A DNA stretch of 64,000 nt, taken from positions 27,279,504 through 27,343,503 of the forward strand of contig OZ037765.1 of assembly GCA_964035545.1 (NCBI GenBank), in the 5' to 3' direction. Of the stretch, positions 27,201 to 39,559 are shown piece by piece (within the stretch, counting starts at the first letter, position 1; the number at the start of each line of letters is the position of its first letter). Source of the DNA: Bugula neritina. Taxonomy: Eukaryota; Animalia; Bryozoa. The position numbers were made by a program, and so were the translations under genes. The notes beneath the pieces are model-generated. The model had not been told where the DNA came from, searched no databases, and saw only the letters and a program-made list of their open reading frames with translations.

Positions 27201-30200
27201 AAGTGATGTCATACGTCACTGACGTCGTGCTGTATATACTCCCGTCTTCCTGCATGAGCTGTACAGTGAAACCAGTCACATTATTACACCTGTGATAGTG
27301 GTCTACTGATGTGGGCAGCTGTAACACAAAATACACAACATCTCACTCACTCGTTTATAGTACTATAGTATTATTCTAAAATCTAAAGGAAAGAAAACTC
27401 TTATATAATTCATGGCAAGAAAAAATTGCAACACTTCAGCAAGTATGAAAATTTTTTAAACTAATCTGATAATGTTGAATGTAGGTTGAATTATATTGAC
27501 AAGAGAAGACAATACCTGTGCCATTTTCTAATCTACAAGTAGGTTACTGAAAGGTAGCGCTGGGTATTTAAATAAGACTCTGTAATGTATAAATATTGAC
27601 AGTGTATTGTGCTGCTGGTACGTACCTCCCAGGATATGCTGACTTCAACTTTCTTGCTGCTGTTCACCAGATTCATAGTATAGTTGTCATGAGTCATGGG
27701 AGCAGCTACTGGCTCTGCATAAGTGAAATAACTCCCATTATATTAGTACTGGTAGCAGACAAACTAGTTGGTACTGCTAACACATGGTAATGGTAGCACA
27801 TTATGAAGTAATACAAGCTGCAATACACATGATAGTGTAATATACTGCAACATAAAATAGTGTAATGTACTGCAACATAAAATAGTGTAATGTACTGCAA
27901 CATAAAATAGTGTAATGTACTGCAACATAAAATAGTGTAATGTACTGCAACATAAAATAGTGTAATATACTCCAACATAAAATAGTGTAATGTACTGCAA
28001 CATAAAATAGTGTAATGTACTGCAATGTGTGTGTGTGTGTGTTTTGGTGTGAGTGTGTGTGTTGTATGATATATAATCAGGTCACTATTTTCAGCAAGAG
28101 GAACAGCGGAGTGTAACTATAATATTGGATGAGTAACAAAAACTATCTTAAGCATAGCTAAGCGTACAAAGCATACCTAGAAGCTATTAGGTATTCAAGA
28201 CCAGTTACAGCAAACCTGATACCATTAAAGAGCAGATTAATTAAAATTATTGATAGACAACTAGAAGTAACTTGAGCTCCGTGTATTACTATTACTTTAT
28301 TCTGTATTACTATTACTATTGGTGCAGCAGAATATAGTTGAATCACTAAACTGCTACTGCTACAAAACTGTGTATGAAGTACTAACAACAGGATATTACA
28401 GACAATTAAGAATGGCAACAATAGATTAAAGATTAAAAATTCAATATTTTTCAAGAGAATAAAAGAAGTAGTCAACCAAGTACGCTATAGTGAAGTAAAC
28501 TCACAATAACAACTATAGAGTCACCTAGTCCTTAATATATTTGTTTAAAATTCAATTCCTGCTAAATCAACTAGCAGAAGAGTTGGAGGTAGCACGTATC
28601 ATACTGAAGGCGAACAACATTAATATCCTGCTTACATTAATATTGTGCTTTCATTGTTTTGTTGAATATAATATTGGTCAGATTTCTAGCTATGTTTTTT
28701 AGCTTCGCTGTAAGGCATTAAAGGATGGCAAGTGTTGGCAGCTCATACAGCCATGATAATATTGCTAGAGAATGTGCTGGAATAACATCTATTAGATGTA
28801 TGCTGGAATAAATAGCTAAGTATGAGACGAGGAGGATCTACCATTTCAACTATTAATCAACATTAACCCCTTTCTTGACAACGCAGTGTTGGATGTTACA
28901 GCCAAAGATCCTAACTTCTAAACAATTACTAATATCTAAGCCGAGCCTTGCCAAATTATTCAATGAATTATATAATAAATAATTTAGTAGCCGGTGGCTA
29001 ATGGTAATCACTTGCTTGACTAGAAACCATATTATACAGTTTAGTAGAACGGTAACTTAACATCCTAAATAATAAGCTACATCAAGTGTAGTATAGCAAC
29101 TTATTATCACTTCTAAGCCTATTTCACTCCCACTGAAAATGTTGAAATAAAATGATACATCACAAGTAGGCAGCAAGGAACTCCTGAAAGTTTATTGGAA
29201 ACCCGAACTGTTTTCAATAAAGATCTTGTAAGTGTAAACTACGAGTCTTTTTCCAAACCTCCAGGCTTATTGAGTTCACACAGCGGAAATTTTGACCTAA
29301 TACTAGACAAGTTGCACAGCTGAATAGATTATAAGGACTCCCTATACTAAAACAGCATAGCAGCGGTACTCACTCTGGCAGGGAATCTTGATAGTGAGGG
29401 GATTGCTGGCTGGTCCGATACCCCACAATCCAGGACGCCTCGCTTTGTAAATGAAACTGTAGGTGGATCCAGGTGTAGGAGTGAAGTATGTGTTAACAGG
29501 TATAGAGAAGTTGTCTGTCCTATTATAGTCCAACACTTCCACCAGATAATGGTATGAGGGGTAGTTAACAGAGCTGCAGTTCTCGGTTTCCGTATCTAAA
29601 AAATTTATCAACTAAATAAAATAATATTTCATAAATGTGCAGTAAAAACAGCAAAAGTTGAATGAGCCTGTATCAGTTCTAGTCAACTGCTTTATATTAA
29701 AAAATACCTATTTAGCTGTTTAAACACTTCAGATATGTAATTTGTAGTCTTAAAATAGTGTTAGCAATATCACATTAAGGAATTTATACAGTCTAGGTTT
29801 AGAGTTTATCGTTGCAGTGTAGCTTTTAATTTTAACACTAGAAGCTAATTAGAAAAAGTATAGCCTAATGGTTGCCTACAAAAGAATAATACAAGTAAAA
29901 AAAACTTTTCTGTACTCTAAGACAGTATTGAAAGCATAGTTATGAACATGCATAGGATAGCCTATACTCACGAAGACATCTTTTGATTATATATCCTGTT
30001 ACAGGGCCATCACCAGTGTCACCCACAGATGGATCCCATCTGTTCACCAGAAGAGACAAATAAGACCCTTCATGCGCCATGGGGTGAAGGTCAAGTGTTC
30101 TGGTCAGAACTGGCAATTCTACAATCATAAGCATATTTCCCGTGACACACAGATTTGTGATCAGGTTATATAGTATGTATATATATATATATATTTTGGC

Positions 30201-33200
30201 TGGAAACTAAAAGATCGGCACTCCAAAAGGTTAAAGGTAGGTGCAGCACTGGAGAAAAATTGATATAGCCTATGTTCCGGATTTTTAACCCACAGCCCAA
30301 ACCAAAGTGTATAAAGGCGATTTGAGAACTTGGACTAATACAATTTTGCCTTACTTAAATAGATAATCTCATTAATCTTATTATTAAAACTAGCGATTCA
30401 TGTACATCTTGATGATAATGGTGAGATGCTACAGCATTGAGTGGTATATAGCAAACATGGCAGACTTCCTGTTAGGATTTTCTATAAATATTCAGTGAAA
30501 CCAGCAAGTCTGTCCTTAGAGAAACATTTGGCCAGCTTTAGTACTGACAAGTATTAACATCTAATTGGAAACATAACTAGAAATTATTACAGCATCAATT
30601 TAGTGACAAATCGAAACTACTTGAATCATCTGCCTGCTATAGGCAGCTGCTGGGTCTACAGAACTCTAATAATAATAATAATATAATAAAATACACCTTG
30701 CTAAAATAACAGAACCACCATCAGTACAATCACTATACCAGTAGTGTTGCAGAGGACCTGATAATAAGGGAGAAAGTATTTTTTGCTAAGCACAAACCAT
30801 TAATGGCCTAAATATCAACTAATACATTTAATGTGTATTAATATTGATTTCAGCTAAAATGTTTTGAAAGGAAAGATACGCGTCAACTGGCAGCATTATA
30901 AGAAGATGATGACAAGTCAACTCAAAACTTTCATCTAGAAGATCACAGTGAAACTTATAATTACTATATAAAAATAGAAGCTATTGACAACTGAATGAAG
31001 CTTGGGGTCTTCAATACAAATTAGGCGTCACTAAAATAAATTAATATTGAAATAAAAGAATACGAAGCTGGCAGATTAAGATGGCTGCCAACTATACTTG
31101 ATGACGGTTTTTGAGCAAACTTAATGCTTTAAATATTTTTTCATTCAAGTGGGACACATAAAGTATAGTTTGGTTTAATTGCATCAATACTCATAAAAAT
31201 AGAGCTACTTGAAATGAGCCAAATCTTAGTTCCTATTAATTTTCATTTAGAATATTTTAATACTATCCCATCTAATTTTTAATAGCAAATAAACAGTTCT
31301 TTAATTATTTCCTATTTATTACTTTGCTTACACACAGTAGGGGCATAAAATAGCAGGCTTCAATCAGCTGACTGAACGTGTGTTTGTAGAGAAAGTATAA
31401 CAAATAAAAATAACTAACAGGATCACTAAACAACAAGACTTTGATGTGTAACCTGCAGCTTATAACCCAACTTTGCAGGTTATTTTATACTCCCCAGCCT
31501 TTGCTGGTGAGCCATAAATCACAAGCAAATAACTATTACAAGTAGAAAAACCCCCAATAGATAAACTGTATAAAAAAGCTGAGCAAATATCTCTTTTTTC
31601 TGCATTTGAAGGAAATCCCAAGAAAAAAATTACATATCTTATTGCGAGTTTGTTTCCACTATAAGCTCTCACTGTTCCCTTACCGTACAGAAGAGCAGTG
31701 GCTGATCTGGAGACAACCTGGCCCTCCTCATCTCCCACACTGCAGGTGTAACGCTCTCCAACATTCAACCCATACGTGAGATAAAACACAGCCTTCAGAT
31801 TACCAGGGTTTACTTCTGATGGAGTTACTTCAATGGGCTTGTATTCAGGAGACTGAAATATTACATCCATTATATTATCGTAACGTATTTCATGTCATTT
31901 ATTACAATTCTTTTTATTTTAGGCAGGCAAAGTGATTGCATACAACTCTACTTATAGACCAGGATATTTGCCTGGTGATTAAATGTTTTCTGTCACTGTA
32001 GTCGTCACCACAGCAAGCATAGTTAAAAGTTTGTAAGCGGTGTCTATTGGCATTGCAAACCCCATAAGTCCAAAATGAAAGGCAACAAACATGTGGTTCT
32101 AACCTCACTACTATAAGTAATGCTTTCCCCATGCACAAACTATACCTGCATTATGCAGTGGAAATTAAAAATATGAACTGCCCACATCTGTGCTGCAGTG
32201 TTTTAAGCCTATAAAATCCTAATGCTAAACGGAACATGTGCCACTATGCAAATTATTTCATTGTAACAACAAAACACTGATTATTGAGTGGTAGAGGAAA
32301 TGACAAATTATAATGCCAAAAATCCTCAACGTACACACATGAGTGACAAAGCTGTCACTTCAACATAGGAGCAAGTATCTGAATGTGTGTTAAGCTTGTT
32401 AAGTGGTTATTAGTCAATATATTAGCCACACTATCTGTGAGTGAAAGATACCATCACTGGTGTAGCACCGCCTTGAGACATGCTACAGTAAACGGCACGA
32501 TGCTGAAAGATATGGTTAGATTCAATTTCTAAATCAATGCCAATTAAAATTTGTTTGTGTTGTTTACAAAAGGCAAGTCTCCATTTAGAGCAGCAATTTG
32601 ATCCAGTAACAAATCTCACTTATTTCTGGTATATAATGGGACAACCTCAGGAAAGATGAACACCCGCAGGCTATGAGAGCTGGGAGAATACCAAGTGCTA
32701 AGAAATTACTAACTAATGTGAATGGAAATTCATCTACATAAAAATAATAGTTCACTAGTAAGTGTAGTAGGCATTATCAATATCACTGCCCACAAAACTA
32801 TTCTCAACCCTTTCAAAACAAAGATCCTACGTGATAGTTGTGAGGCTACCATGTGCTACAAGAGAAGGCATTTTTGTGCAACTGCAGGCACATTCAAAGC
32901 TAAAGACAAATACCTTAAAGCCAAGCTACTCAAATGAAACTCAATGTAACCCATGCTAATGTACTGACTCAATGACTAGGTATGTCAGTACCAAAACCAT
33001 GGTATAGTTCATAATGTTTTTAGTGAAATTCTTCATGATGAAACACCCACTTTACAGCTATATAATTTCCTACAGGCGGTCACAGAAAGTTCTTCTGAGA
33101 GATAGATAGATATTAATAGATCGATAGATACATTAGAATGACTAGATAGATAGATAGAGAAATAGAGATAGATAGATAGATAGATAGCTATATAGATAGA

Positions 33201-33223
33201 TAGATAGATAGATAGATAGCTAT

Positions 33224-33275
<52 letters not shown>

Positions 33276-33461
33276 GTAGATAGATAGATAGGTAGATAGA
33301 TAGATAGATAAACAAATAGATAGACATATAGCTAGGTAGATAGCTAGCTACATAGATAGATAAATAGATAGATAGATAGATAGATAAACAAATAGATAGA
33401 CATATAGCTAGGTAGATAGCTAGCTACATAGATAGATAAATAGATAGATAGATAGATAAAC

Positions 33462-33516
<55 letters not shown>

Positions 33517-36500
33517 GAGAGAGATAGATAGATAGATAGAGAGATAGATAAATAGGTAGGTAGAGAGATAGGTAGGTAGAGAGGTAGATAGAGAGACAGG
33601 TAGGTAGAGAGATAGGTAGAGAGATAGGTAGGTAGATAGATAGATAGATAAATAGATAGATAGCTATATAGATAGATAGGTAGGTAGAGAGACAGGTAGA
33701 TAGAGAGACAGGTAGGTAGATAGATAGATAGACAGATAGGTAGGTAGAGAGGTAGATAGAGAGACAGGTAGATAGAGAAATAGATAGAGAGACAGGTAGG
33801 TAGATAGATAGATAGATAGATAGATAAATAGATGGAGCATGTTCCATGAAGCATGAGGAATTTAAGATAGAAGCCGTAGGTGGGCTATGTCACCAGCTCA
33901 GCTGTTTCATCTAACAAATCATAAAATAAACCGAGGGCTAGCCTTTGATATTATGAATATGGAATGTAGAGGCATCAACCGTTCTCTGATTACTTCTAAA
34001 GGAATTATTCTCCATTCTGAATGCCTGTGAACTCATGTGCTTTTGGTCAAGGCTCTACCAGTATTTTGCAGTCGTTGAACTCGGTTAACACAAATTACTA
34101 AGCCAAGCTCTTTTTATTCGGCAGTGTTTCTTCAAACATTGCATTATGTTGTTCTACATTATTCCTATCTGTTACATAATCAGGTAAATACAGGGTTGCA
34201 TGTTGCACTAGCTTTGTGTTGTATGAGAAGTTTTTTCCTTGTGGAATCACACAATGACACTCCAAACCCAAGGGCCAAACTGAAAATTATAAACCCAAGC
34301 TAAACAAGAATCTACACCTCTGTATCTAAGTGCACATAACAACCATGTTGTTATCTATGAAAAATGACTTTTGTAATAAAATCCACCTACATCAAAAGCC
34401 ACAACTTCATTTCACCAACATCTATATTTTATTTTGCACTATCACTATAGAAACTTGATGACAACAACTTAACAACTATTTGGATAATATTAATAACCTT
34501 GAAATGTCTACAATTCATACATACATATATTCATACATTTTCTTGGTAGAATTTAGAGTATAGTGATGAAATTTGCCAACCACTAATTTTACTAAAATAG
34601 TTGTCAACCAAAGCCAATACGATGAAATGTATTATAATATATCAAACTTACCAAAAATCCATCTATATTAAGAAATATATTGCCGGTATCAGAGTTGGGG
34701 TCAGCAGTCCTTATGATGCAAGTGACATTTGTTGGTTCATACGGATTAGCCTGATCGTTACTTAAGGAAATTATACCTACAGTTAGAAAGATAAAAGATG
34801 CACCAGCGAGCATGATGATTCAGTCTACCTCCATGTTGAAAGTTTAGTTCCTAAATGCCAACTTAAACCAGTCTACTGTGTAGATTCCTCATTCCATTAA
34901 TAAATCATTTAATATCAACTGAAGAAGATGCTAGTTGAAGAAAACAATAGTCCAGTAGCTTCCTTTCAATACAGAGATGACAGTGGCTTTTGTCCCTGCC
35001 ACTACGAGGTGATTAAGTACAGTAATACAACTAGTACGAGGGTAAGAGGATGGATAATCCTTAAGTTCTATTCAGCATAACTCTAAACCAGTCACAGATG
35101 AATGATTGTAGAGATTAAATTCCCAATAGTAATACAGAATACAAAACTCTACGGTCTTCCTCTTGTCTTCTCTAATAAATAATGAGAACTCGGCATAAGC
35201 TCAGGAAACTTCATAGCTTGAGTGTTTGTGTGTGGGGCTTCATTGTATATACTATTATACACATGACTGCACAGTGCATTCATGCTATTACAGCTTGGTC
35301 CCTCAATAACAGCAAATTAGTCTTAGCTTATTGAAATAATTTATGAAAAAAAAATACCAAGTCAAAGTTACTTCACCTATAATAGCGATTTAAGTATATA
35401 ACACTTTACAAAATTATTTTATTAACATTTAATTTGCAGGTTTATGCCATATGTTCTTAAAACATTACCCCCTGCCCAACTTTTTATGAATATTGCTATA
35501 CCTCTCCAAACTGAACAGGTTACAGATTTACACCTGATGCTGTGAAGCATGTGATAAAATTCACATTCCAATGTGAACAAACTTAATTAAAAATACAAAA
35601 AATAAGAATTAAATTAGACTGATTTGATAACTTGTGTATGCAAATACTGGCCTAGTTGAATAAAGCACAGCATTGGAGACGCTGAAAGTAAGAGATGAAA
35701 TCTTGGGTTGTGTACACTTCTCATGTTACAACTAACAGGTTTTCAGTTTTATCTTTACTTCTATCTCAAAACAAAATAATGAGAGATGAAGTTGAGGTAC
35801 CCACAGGGTTAATCCTATCCCTTCAAGCTGTCACAGTTTCTCAAAAGCTTAACTTACACAACTTACACAACTTACACAGATAATCGTATGCAGTTGTTCA
35901 GAAAACTAACAAAAAAGGCAAAAATCGAGGAGAAGATGGTTTCACAATTCGAAATCTGCATAAAAGGAAAAAAATTCTCAAGTGTTAATTAGTTTACCAG
36001 TTAAAATACGCTAATTATTAAGAGTTGTGACGTCGGAGATTGTACTGAATATTGGAGGCACAACTCCCTACTCAACGAAAGGTGGGGCACAGCTATAATA
36101 CATACATGTAAGTAGAGTTTAAACTTTAAGAAAGATCAATATTCAATTTCAGTGATCTATTTTTATTACTTTTGAAATGAATAAGTATAATAATTAGCCA
36201 AGTAGGTAAAGAAAAAGTTCTCAACTTACATTTGTTTGCCATTTTAAATAAAATATCAACAGTTGTAATTTTGCAAAAACATTTCTGATATTTGTTTAGA
36301 CTTCAGAGCTATATTTTGCAAAAAAAAACGTTTTACTGCTATTAGAACTTACAACAGAAATTGTTGAAAAAATGAATCGCTATTTATTAGGTTTAGTGCA
36401 TTTAGAACTGGAGCTTCAGCTGCAGACATATCCAATGATGGACAACTCCAAATTGTGAAATTGGTGATGTTGCACCGGTAGACCAACAATTCTGTTTCAT

Positions 36501-39500
36501 ATTACAGTTGCCCAAAATTAATATGGGCTTTTTGGATTCCATCTGATGGTGGCAAGAAACTTCTTTGGGTTAGGCAAGGTTGAAAATTGTGAATATTTAA
36601 AATACTAAAACTTACAAACAATAATTAAGCCCAAAGCTGGATAGTTAATATCCTGTGTTTTGTTTAAAAAATCTTTTAGAAAATGTGCAAAACATACTGC
36701 AGTTAACAGGTTTATTAAAAATAGTAATGACCAGAAAAGACTGCATTTTACTGGAAATGCCCAAGTGTGAACAAGCCTTTATTGTTACTATGCCAAAGTG
36801 TGAGCATGGAGAACACAACTACTGAATATTAACATAAAAATTCTGACACTTTTTTATGACTCACCAAACACACATCCTTGTCCATATCTGCCTCTCTTGC
36901 ATTTTCCTCCTTTAGGACAATGGTACGATAACTCCTTGGAACAGATGGCTTTCCTGGCACACCCACATGGAGCACATTCATATGGCAGAGGTCGGTAGTT
37001 ATCAGGGCAAGATGAGGCTAAAATCAAACAAATTTGCTGTTATAATATAGTAATACTTAAATTGAATTTAAAATATATTTTATATATAGAAAGCAGCCGT
37101 AGTTCAAAAGAGAAGCAAATTCTGTGTAGAAGCTAGTACTAGTGTCTAGAGGAAGGTATCTCATTAAAATTGCTTTCTGGCTACTTAGTAAGCTTTAAAT
37201 CCCTTTAGCAGTATGGATTGATGTTAAAAAGACTTTTAATGTCAAGTTTTTATAAGGAATGCAACTATAAACAAACACGAGTTTTATTTGGTTCAACTTG
37301 ATTGATCTGTTTAAATGGCAAAACGAAAATAATACTGCTTTTAAGAAAACAACTTATTGTTACAAGAATATAGAACAACAGTATCAGCCTTTACAAAACA
37401 CAAATTAATAAGCAACACTATGTTAATTAGGAGTTGTCATTCCCCAATGCAAATGATCAATACATCCAAGTAAATAAGATAATATATCATATTTTGTTAT
37501 TGGTTCATCAAAGTAATTTGAATTACTAATAAAACTTTTCAGTATTAAATAACACTTGAAGTAAAGTAGGCTAGGCATAAATGATGATAAATGATGATTC
37601 ATTGATCTGTAGAAGCAGTTTGAAGTGATGACTATTTCAACAAAACTATGAATAAAAAACCACATTTTATAGAAAAATCAATGACAAAAGAAAGAGATAA
37701 ATAGTTCTATATGAAAACATCACAACTTTCTAAAGGTTTGGGTCTAGTCAAGAACTGGTTGCACTGAATATGTTGAATAAACAATGGCAGTTGAAGTGGC
37801 TGCCTCTTACAAGCCAAGCTACCTGAGCCTTGATGAGTAAGAAAGGCTGCCAACATTGACCTCAACTGCAATGTGTCATTAAAAACTATTATTAGATCTA
37901 TAATAAGATCTGTGCCAATTTAATAACAATTAAGTTTGACAATATCCATGGAAATTAATTTTAATTTTTATTTTCAAAAGTTATCAGTAATGCTGTCAGT
38001 TTAATAGTGAAACATATTTCATACTGCTGTCATCCCAGTTTAATGCAACACCTGGTATAGATAAGACCTAAGGCTTCATTCAATAAATATTTGAGCATGT
38101 CTTGAACCCACTCGAAGTTAACTTGTTGTAGTAATTACTATCTAGACTGGAAAAAGCTAAAGGCGGTTTCATTTATAGCAATTCAGTGAATATTAAAAGG
38201 AATTTGTGCAGTTTAGCAGCATAAAGGAGAAAGATCAGACATGAATTGAGATTCTAGTAAGCGATTTAGATGCATTTGAATGGACTGAACAGAATTACCA
38301 GGTGCCTCAAAGCACAGAAAGTTATCGATAAGAAAACGTTAGACTTTCATAGTACAAGACTACAAAATATCATCAGAGAACAGTTAAGTGTTTAGCAGAT
38401 CTATATTATGAGATTCTCTTCTAACTCCCATGAGCTGAAGTATTGCAATTACGAGGGTTTCATTAGATAATGTAATATTAACTGGAACATGTGACATCCT
38501 AAATAAATGGTCTCGCATGATGGGTGCTAATTTATCAAAAAAAAGGAAGAGAAACTTATATATTATTATGATGAATACAAAGTATCTATTAGAAGTTAAA
38601 AGGTAAAAGCTTCTTCAATTAAAACAACCAATGGGGGAGGAGGTGACATTGAGTATAGTAATAATGTTATTAAAAGTCTTGAAAACTAGGCTAGTTGGTT
38701 TAGAATTATGTTTAGGAATCTGAGTGAATTTACATCAAATAAGCAATTGCATTAGTTCACATATTGCAAAATTAAAAACGGCTGCACTCATCAGAAAACT
38801 ATTCAAATATTACAAGCTGTCATCAAAATCAATAGTTATAGACTTATAGATAGTGGCAGTGGAGAGCTAAGCTAAAAGCCCAACATATGGTCTCTCATTA
38901 CCTAGAGTGAAGTAGTGCTTGTAATCTATTTGACTAGAAAAATGGGACTAAAATTAAATTATTCAGCACAGGCAAGGCTCTGCTCCATTGTTTCTGACAT
39001 GGCCACTCCTCACTAGGAGACTAATTTATCATTAATTTCTTTCAGGAGAACAAAGCCTGTAGATGGGATGATATGATGGGTGGTTACACTACCATTAGTA
39101 ATAGGTTGCTAGTAGCACCAGCTAGGAAGTCAGGCATTCGGCTCAAGTTGATCCTAGCCAATATGGTTAAAAGGAGGGTTTTGGGTTATGAAAAGCTGGA
39201 GAAATTATCACCATACAAGCAAATCTATAACCTCAAACTACAGTTATTCTATAATGAGATATCTTATAAGTAATTAAAATATCTATTCAATCAAGATGAA
39301 AGGCCCACAGCACTTGTACATGACAAAGATAAAAATGTGCATATAGTCACTTTCCTCACTTGGGAGTCAATTATTCTACATGGTACTTGAGTTCATTTCA
39401 AGTGATACTAAGAGGATATGACTTGTAATCTATGAAGTCAGCCGTACCTGAGGGGTAAACCATCTCCATTGTTGATGGTAACACAATATCTGAACTCTGG

Positions 39501-39559
39501 CAACAAACTTTAACCAATAGGTACAGGCACGTGTAGATGTTCCACAAGCTATGCTTCAT
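73..39559 (-). CDS. Receptor-type protein tyrosine phosphatase with tandem PTP domains (EGF-like, Ig, 4x FN3 plus FN3-like, TM, D1, D2); 3' partial, continues beyond the window's left edge
   Basis: Phase-consistent GT-AG exons, in 5'->3' order: 39448-39559 ([22 protein letters not shown], signal-like); 36865-37017 (Cys-rich EGF-like); 34652-34776 + 31684-31852 (Ig, ...NVTC...YTC); FN3 exons 29972-30118, 29374-29595, 27626-27714, 27084-27318, 26344-26450, 25663-25776, 23215-23284, 11039-11148, 10466-10646; membrane-proximal 10065-10155, 9522-9701, 9045-9169; 8478-8595 ([25 protein letters not shown]); 7603-7706; D1 exons 4753-5001 (KNRY), 4122-4198 (DYINA), 3416-3550 (IATQGP), 2905-3024 (KCERYWP), 2488-2636 (WPDHG...HCS), 1899-2034 (AGVGRSG), 1636-1782 (QYIF); D2 exons 1442-1532, 872-936, 391-540, 73-213. 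D1 catalytic motifs are intact. Confidence 0.93.
808..889. repeat. 29-bp tandem repeat (about 2.8 copies) spanning a PTP exon end and its splice donor
   Basis: Units ACTTACATCTACATACGTGGCATTGAGTT at 808-836, 837-865 and 866-889 (partial). Confidence 0.9.
10299..10417. repeat. (TCAC)n tetranucleotide microsatellite
   Basis: Directly visible run in a PTP intron. Confidence 0.95.
11716..11800 (+). repeat. Left TIR and subterminal GATTTT/AAAATC motif cluster of the Harbinger element
   Basis: TIR 11716-11730 followed by CTGATTTTTT, CCGATTTT, TCGATTT and AAAAATCGACTGATTTT. Confidence 0.85.
11985..14620 (+). CDS. PIF/Harbinger DDE transposase (HARBI1/DDE_Tnp_4-like), 6 exons, about 432 aa, intact
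   Basis: Exons 11985-12123 (GC donor), 13059-13307, 13408-13583, 13672-13766, 13878-14155, 14259-14620 join in frame with no stops. Motifs: [52 protein letters not shown]. Confidence 0.93.
12151..12328. repeat. (CTA)n followed by (TAG/CAG)n, a self-complementary trinucleotide microsatellite in transposase intron 1
   Basis: Directly visible; the two halves are reverse complements around a GTGT centre near 12218. Confidence 0.9.
14765..16249 (-). CDS. Harbinger second ORF: MADF/Myb-SANT DNA-binding protein with a C-terminal BESS-like segment, 5 exons, about 305 aa
   Basis: Exons 16055-16249, 15818-15958, 15479-15718, 15064-15198, 14765-14971, all phase 0 and open. N-terminal FPALWD...[11 protein letters not shown] and SGAG...[10 protein letters not shown] are typical MADF features. 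The C-terminal [14 protein letters not shown]...VRRRLMHRL is BESS-like by my inference. Confidence 0.85.
15515..15609 (-). repeat. 18-bp coding minisatellite (about 5 copies) encoding PVTSPP
   Basis: AGGTGGGGGAGATGTCAC units within exon 3 of the MADF gene. Confidence 0.9.
16302..16494. repeat. About 60-bp tandem repeat (3 copies) directly upstream of the MADF ORF
   Basis: Core TCAC(A/G)AT(C/T)ATATTTATGTTGA(G)AAAACGGCCGTCTTGGAGCTAACT occurs three times. Confidence 0.9.
16820..17011 (-). repeat. Right subterminal motif cluster and TIR of the Harbinger element
   Basis: Many AAAATC(G)/(C)GATTTT motifs, palindromes AAAATCAGCCGATTTT, ATCGGCCGAT and AATTGAACATGTTCAATT (16874-16891); TIR 16997-17011. 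Confidence 0.85.
17256..17314. repeat. Near-perfect inverted repeat/hairpin
   Basis: CTGGCAGCTATTTAATAGATGAC (17261-17283), loop AGG, GTCATCCATTAAATAGCTGCCAG (17287-17309); 22 of 23 positions pair. Confidence 0.85.
23324..23462 (-). CDS. Putative alternative first coding exon of the PTP gene (second signal peptide plus Ser/Thr-rich stalk)
   Basis: ATG at 23462 gives [46 protein letters not shown], then a strong phase-1 donor G|GTGAGT. This is in frame with the phase-1 acceptor of exon 11039-11148. Confidence 0.65.
23530..23670 (-). promoter_or_regulatory. Putative internal promoter of the short PTP isoform
   Basis: Local CpG cluster in otherwise CpG-poor DNA; nuclear-receptor DR1-type element TGACCTTTGACC (23598-23609); CCAAT box (AGCCAATCA, 23641-23649); short inverted repeat CATGCGAT-atcc-ATCGCATG (23651-23670). 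Confidence 0.4.
27832..28062. repeat. 25-bp minisatellite (about 7.7 copies) followed by a (TG)n tract
   Basis: ATAGTGTAATGTACTGCAACATAAA units at 27832-28025, then TG repeats. Confidence 0.93.
33097..33833. repeat. Long compound (GATA)n/(GGTA)/(GACA) microsatellite
   Basis: Directly visible; includes an internal higher-order duplication of roughly 75 bp around 33310-33460. Confidence 0.95.

Noticed and set aside
27706-28025. Three overlapping repetitive ORFs
   Set aside because: Products of a stop-free 25-bp minisatellite.
33344-33854. 167-aa and 144-aa SIYL-repeat ORFs
   Set aside because: Translations of the GATA microsatellite.
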